Shown piece after piece: positions 60,042 to 64,000 of a stretch of DNA of 64,000 bases (its first letter is position 1; each line of letters starts with the position of its first letter). A program made the position numbers and the translations under genes. The notes below the pieces were generated by a model. That model did no database searches. It was not told where the DNA came from and was given only the letters and a program-made list of their open reading frames with translations. Where the stretch lies: the IMG/VR virus record IMGVR_UViG_2823577039_000003. One strand, written 5' to 3'. This DNA is from an uncultured virus (IMG/VR IMGVR_UViG_2823577039_000003) (lineage: Duplodnaviria; Heunggongvirae; Uroviricota; Caudoviricetes).

Positions 60042-60245
60042 TTAACCATACATCCTATTATCGTGGTCATCCATGGGCTTAGGAGTCTCTGCTTCTTTGA
60101 GTCTCATCTCAATATAGGCTTTCATAACTTGCTTAATATCTTTAATATCGGAGGACATGATATCTAACTGTTCAGTTAGTTCATCCAATTTACGATCTAC
60201 TTGGGCTACAGTAGGTCGCTTTTTCTTAGGTTCCTCAGATGACAC
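60042..60245 (-). CDS. Small coiled-coil protein
   Basis: Heptad pattern; promoter 22 nt upstream. Confidence 0.55.
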   Translation of the reverse strand: MSSEEPKKKRPTVAQVDRKLDELTEQLDIMSSDIKDIKQVMKAYIEMRLKEAETPKPMDDHDNRMYG

Positions 60246-60316
60246 AATTATTATGTATAGTGCCTGCTATATGAAACTTCCTAAACTACATATAGTTGAG
60301 GTGATAAATATAGGTA

Positions 60317-61066
60317 ATGCTAACTCGTAAAGAATTGCATAGACTACGAGGTCCTGCACAACTACGAGAACCCGAAGCAGAAAAATTAATTGAATATATT
60401 AGGAGTTTTGGAGTAATTTCAGGCCAACCTCGTGATACTTTTTCAAAACCTATATCAGTATTCCGAGATTTTTTATATCTTCCTGAAACTCGTCGTGCAG
60501 ATGTATCAGAAATGCCTGATTATGTGAAATATGATGGCCCAATCCAAGATTGGTATAATTGGTATGTTGGGGATTCGGGTCCACCGATTAAATCTGATAA
60601 TCCGGGGTTTGAAGGGCCTTATGAAGAAGAAGCCTTAGAGGATGTGATAGTGGCAGTGGGTGTGCATTATCCGGCGACACCTTCTACGGAGTTTTATACT
60701 GCAGATGGAAGATATAGATTTAGTATCTCTGATCATCAAGGAACAGATGAAGAATTAGCGGAACAGTTAATCACTTTAGCCACCACTCCCCGATCGGAAC
60801 TAAAACAAACTGATACTGAGTGGAAATATAATGACCCGAATCGTTATTACTTGAAAACCCGAACTGTCAGAGATGGCGGAAAGGATTATGAAATCGGAGA
60901 GGGTATGTGGTTTGAAAAATCTAATGGCTTACTAAATGAACCTGCAGTATTCATGGAAAGTATTGATGCGGCCTACGATACCAACGGACATATATTTTTT
61001 ATTATNGGCAACCCCCGAGTTGCACACGAAAACTTTAATGCTATTAATTACAAGGTGATTAGTTGA
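60317..61066 (+). CDS. Hypothetical protein
   Basis: TACATATAG 22 nt upstream. Confidence 0.6.
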   Translation: MLTRKELHRLRGPAQLREPEAEKLIEYIRSFGVISGQPRDTFSKPISVFRDFLYLPETRRADVSEMPDYVKYDGPIQDWYNWYVGDSGPPIKSDNPGFEGPYEEEALEDVIVAVGVHYPATPSTEFYTADGRYRFSISDHQGTDEELAEQLITLATTPRSELKQTDTEWKYNDPNRYYLKTRTVRDGGKDYEIGEGMWFEKSNGLLNEPAVFMESIDAAYDTNGHIFFIXGNPRVAHENFNAINYKVIS

Positions 61067-61470
61067 AAAAAGTAAAAACTAAAAATAAAAATGAAGTTGC
61101 ATCATACGGAGAAGCCACGATCGATAATTGGTTCTGGAAAAATAAGTGGACGTGTGTATATGAGCCACAAATAGTTATAGGTGATGAAGAGTTCTTACCT
61201 GATTGGATTTTATGGCCTCAGCATGGTGTAGATAAACCCATTATTATTGAGTTTTGGGGATTATGCCGAGAAGATGGAAAGGTTGCGGAATGGGTAATCA
61301 AAAAGAGAGAACGATACATGTTTCGCAAAGAAACCAAAGAGGCAGCCTATCTATCGTGTGATAATTACTACTATATTGGGGTCTATCCACATCATTTAGA
61401 TGATTTAGATGCATGGTTGTCTGCAGAATTAGAACAACTGATAACTACAAATAGTAAGCCCGTGGTATAA
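61063..61470 (+). CDS. Small PD-(D/E)XK-like nuclease
   Basis: S..E..I, YEP, LPDW, IIEFWG. Confidence 0.6.
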   Translation: MKKVKTKNKNEVASYGEATIDNWFWKNKWTCVYEPQIVIGDEEFLPDWILWPQHGVDKPIIIEFWGLCREDGKVAEWVIKKRERYMFRKETKEAAYLSCDNYYYIGVYPHHLDDLDAWLSAELEQLITTNSKPVV

Positions 61471-61475
61471 TTATT

Positions 61476-61820
61476 ATGGTTGAACGTCAAGATTTGGCAG
61501 AAGCCTTGGTCGTAGGATTCGGGGGTTTAACTTTAGGTAGTTTAGCCATGTTGATTCCTACGGAGAAAAAAGATAAATATTTAGTGCCCTTTATCGGTCT
61601 GTTTGCGACAGGTTTCCTTTTCCACTTGTTTTACAAGCAGATTCATGAAAAAATATTCAGTGCAGCCTTAGTAGGTGGCTTTGACCGACATATCGGTGGT
61701 TTCGGAGATATTAGCACAGGTGGAACTTCTGAGTTTAATCAACTGTATATTATGGAAGAACTTCCTGAAGAAGTTCTGATTCCGGCCCGGGGTTTGGGAT
61801 TAGATTTTTCCGACCAATGA
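61476..61820 (+). CDS. Two-TM membrane protein, similar in layout to 51750..52001
   Basis: EALVVG ... F.TGF..H. Confidence 0.55.
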   Translation: MVERQDLAEALVVGFGGLTLGSLAMLIPTEKKDKYLVPFIGLFATGFLFHLFYKQIHEKIFSAALVGGFDRHIGGFGDISTGGTSEFNQLYIMEELPEEVLIPARGLGLDFSDQ

Positions 61821-61994
61821 TTATTCAGTTGGCTCAGGATCGTGGTGTTCAATCCCAGCATCGTTGAAAGCAGTAAAGATTTCGTGAAGCATTTTTGCCC
61901 CGTCAGCACCTTTAGCAGTGAGGGTAGATTCTAAAACTTGTCTTACAACATTCCAATAATCAGCAGGTAGTTCAATTATAATGGTTTCATCCAT
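61821..61994 (-). CDS. Small protein (57 aa, not in ORF track)
   Basis: MDETIIIELP...; TATAAGTAG 22 nt upstream. Confidence 0.55.
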   Translation of the reverse strand: MDETIIIELPADYWNVVRQVLESTLTAKGADGAKMLHEIFTAFNDAGIEHHDPEPTE

Positions 61995-62032
61995 AAACTT
62001 ATTGAGGGCGACTACCTACTTATAACTATTCA

Positions 62033-64000
62033 TCAAACGAATCTTACTCGGCCAGCACCACTGGTATCAACAACACTTTCTACAAACCAGCCTTGACCAT
62101 CAGTAAAGATAGTAACTGCCCCAAGTGCTGAAGCATCAATCTGAGCGAATGCACCGTTAAGAGGAACTGAAGGGAACTCTACAATTTGTTGTTGGCCACT
62201 ACCATCCAAAAAAGCGATGGTCCATCTGGCTCCGGGTGGCAATCCTATTGCACCGGGATCTGGCATAGTTATATTATTGGCACCGCCGGGGTCACCATTG
62301 ACGACCATGAGATAGTGAGTTTCACTACAATCTCCAGCACCTCCTAAAGTAGCGAAATCATAACTTCCTGCAGATAAATCAATAGCAGGCATTACCGTGG
62401 CACTGGAACCTACAGCAGCACCGGGCCAAACGTGGTTGGCAGTAGTGGTTAAAGCGTAGCCTCCACCAGCGATAGTAGTATTCAGGTCAGCACCTGTTAC
62501 TTTAGCACCAGCAGTAATGTTTTGGCCACAACCTAAAGTAGAGCCGTCAAAAGTTAATTGTGTGCTGGCACCGAAAGCACCACCATTATTAAATTGAATC
62601 TCGGTGTTACCACCAGCAGGAGATCCTCCACCGCCACCAGCGGCTGCGATCGTAATAGCACCGGCAGCATTTGTAATAGTGATGTTAGAACCTGCGGTTA
62701 AAGTAGCAGCATCAAATAACCCACTGGCTGTGTCACCAATAAGCAACTGACCATCGGTAGGGGCAGAACCATTGTAACTACTAATGGAGTTGCCGATGGC
62801 AACATTTCCACCATTGGCACACAGAGTTAAGGTTTGACCCACTCTGGTTAAAGCAGCGTTGTTAGTAGTGCCGTTATCGGCTAACTCTATGGAAGCCGTG
62901 GCATCAGTAGACAAAAACTTAGCGACGATGTTATCGGCAGTAGAAACGTGAAGGGATGCCGAAGGAGATGTTCCGATTCCCACATCCACATTGAAAGTAG
63001 CAGTATCCGCCGAAGCGTCTATCAGGAAGGCAGAGTTTTGATTATCGGTTTCCACTCGGAAATCCACATCAGCACGGCCACTATCATTCACCACGATTGC
63101 AGGGTTAGAATCACCCCTGATACTCATCATATCTGTCAAGTTTCCGCTATTGGTAGCAGTTCGCACACGGAAAAACATTCTTCCTGCTTCTGTAGTATCT
63201 GTGGGGTCTAAAATATCGGTGTAAATATCTGCATAAGAAACGGTTGCCGCCGCCGAGTTTTTACCTTGAAAGTGAATGTGACCTAAATCGTCACCTGCGA
63301 CTGGCGAGGCCGAATTGTGGAATAGTTTAAGATCGGGAGAGGCGGTAGCCCCATCATCGTCAATTTGAATAGTTAGCCCTGCCGTTCCAGTAGTTTGTTG
63401 AAGAATTGTGTAAGGAAGAACATTGACTCCGAAAGAAACAGTATCTGCCGAAGCATCCACCTTAAAAGCATCGTTGGTAGAAGTGGTATCAACCCTAAAG
63501 TCAGTGGAGGCATCATTAGCGATATTGACAAACACACCCGCTTCGGTAATTCGCAATTGACTACCAATTGAACCTGCGTTAAGCACTCGGAAATCTAATT
63601 GTCCACTTTCTATCCCTGCGCCGATAGCGTTGGCCTCTCCCGAAATACGAGCATATTCCGATTCCGCCCCACCATCGTCATTACCTTTGAAAACAATGAC
63701 TCCTAAATCGTCACCTGCGGCGGGGGTAGCCGAATCCCTTACNAAAACGATGTCGGGGGCTGATGCCGCCCCTGCATCGGTGGACTTAATCTCCAACATG
63801 GTGCTTGCGCTTGAATCTTCAAGAGTCAATCTTCGGGAACCGGGTGTGGAAACATAAGTTAATCCTGTATCTCCTGTTATTGTGCTGGCACCACTCCAAA
63901 AAGTGACTTGATTTGCGACACCCGTTCCAGTAGCAGGAGCAGTTCCGCTTGAGGCTGCNGTTAGCCTACCTTGTGCATCAACAGTAAGGGAAGCATTGGT
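62033..64000 (-). CDS. Fibre/adhesin-like protein, 5' end outside the window
   Basis: Frame open to 64000 (TVDAQGRLTAAS motif); Gly/Ala/Thr-rich; 140-aa internal repeat (18-bp exact repeat at 63282 and 63702); TLTAGSNITIT and IQFNNGG.FG motifs. Confidence 0.75.
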   Translation of the reverse strand, partial: TNASLTVDAQGRLXAASSGTAPATGTGVANQVTFWSGASTITGDTGLTYVSTPGSRRLTLEDSSASTMLEIKSTDAGAASAPDIVXVRDSATPAAGDDLGVIVFKGNDDGGAESEYARISGEANAIGAGIESGQLDFRVLNAGSIGSQLRITEAGVFVNIANDASTDFRVDTTSTNDAFKVDASADTVSFGVNVLPYTILQQTTGTAGLTIQIDDDGATASPDLKLFHNSASPVAGDDLGHIHFQGKNSAAATVSYADIYTDILDPTDTTEAGRMFFRVRTATNSGNLTDMMSIRGDSNPAIVVNDSGRADVDFRVETDNQNSAFLIDASADTATFNVDVGIGTSPSASLHVSTADNIVAKFLSTDATASIELADNGTTNNAALTRVGQTLTLCANGGNVAIGNSISSYNGSAPTDGQLLIGDTASGLFDAATLTAGSNITITNAAGAITIAAAGGGGGSPAGGNTEIQFNNGGAFGASTQLTFDGSTLGCGQNITAGAKVTGADLNTTIAGGGYALTTTANHVWPGAAVGSSATVMPAIDLSAGSYDFATLGGAGDCSETHYLMVVNGDPGGANNITMPDPGAIGLPPGARWTIAFLDGSGQQQIVEFPSVPLNGAFAQIDASALGAVTIFTDGQGWFVESVVDTSGAGRVRFV

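Noticed and set aside
1..64000. Alternative genetic code or stop-codon reassignment
   Set aside because: Long conserved genes are intact under the standard code and all three stop codons terminate genes
1..64000. Ordinary archaeal chromosome segment
   Set aside because: No ribosomal, translation or metabolic operons; mostly small hypothetical genes, fibre genes and divergent replication genes. Viral status remains an inference because no capsid or terminase was recognised

Overview
Gene-dense, AT-rich fragment of a large dsDNA archaeal virus or virus-like element. The host is probably euryarchaeal/Thermoplasmatota, possibly Poseidoniales; this is an inference. It has no rRNA, ribosomal-protein, tRNA or CRISPR loci, and I recognised no capsid or terminase gene. 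Recognisable information-processing genes: PolD large subunit (DP2), TFB, divergent MCM, PriS-type primase, XPD/DinG helicase, Nei/Fpg glycosylase, Cas4-like and other PD-(D/E)XK nucleases, dNMP kinase. Other recognisable genes: PP2C and PAP2 phosphatases, two kinase-like domains, Nudix, JAB-like peptidase, IscA, glycosyltransferases and many membrane-anchored surface proteins. Five patterns are not explained by ordinary annotation: (1) mosaic polyproteins whose unrelated modules (kinase, PolX, LigD phosphoesterase, Zn fingers) are joined by a recurring hydrophobic-x-Ala-Glu/Pro linker, suggesting protease-processed cargo; (2) a strand-polarised hexamer CCGGGG (32 + strand copies vs 2 - strand copies by manual count, about every 2 kb); (3) at least seven unrelated small proteins sharing an N-terminal INW/INY tag; (4) two promoter classes, one sitting 21-24 nt before leaderless start codons; (5) a promoter-bearing ~84-nt structured ncRNA candidate. 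All assignments come from reading motifs by eye; no searches were run.
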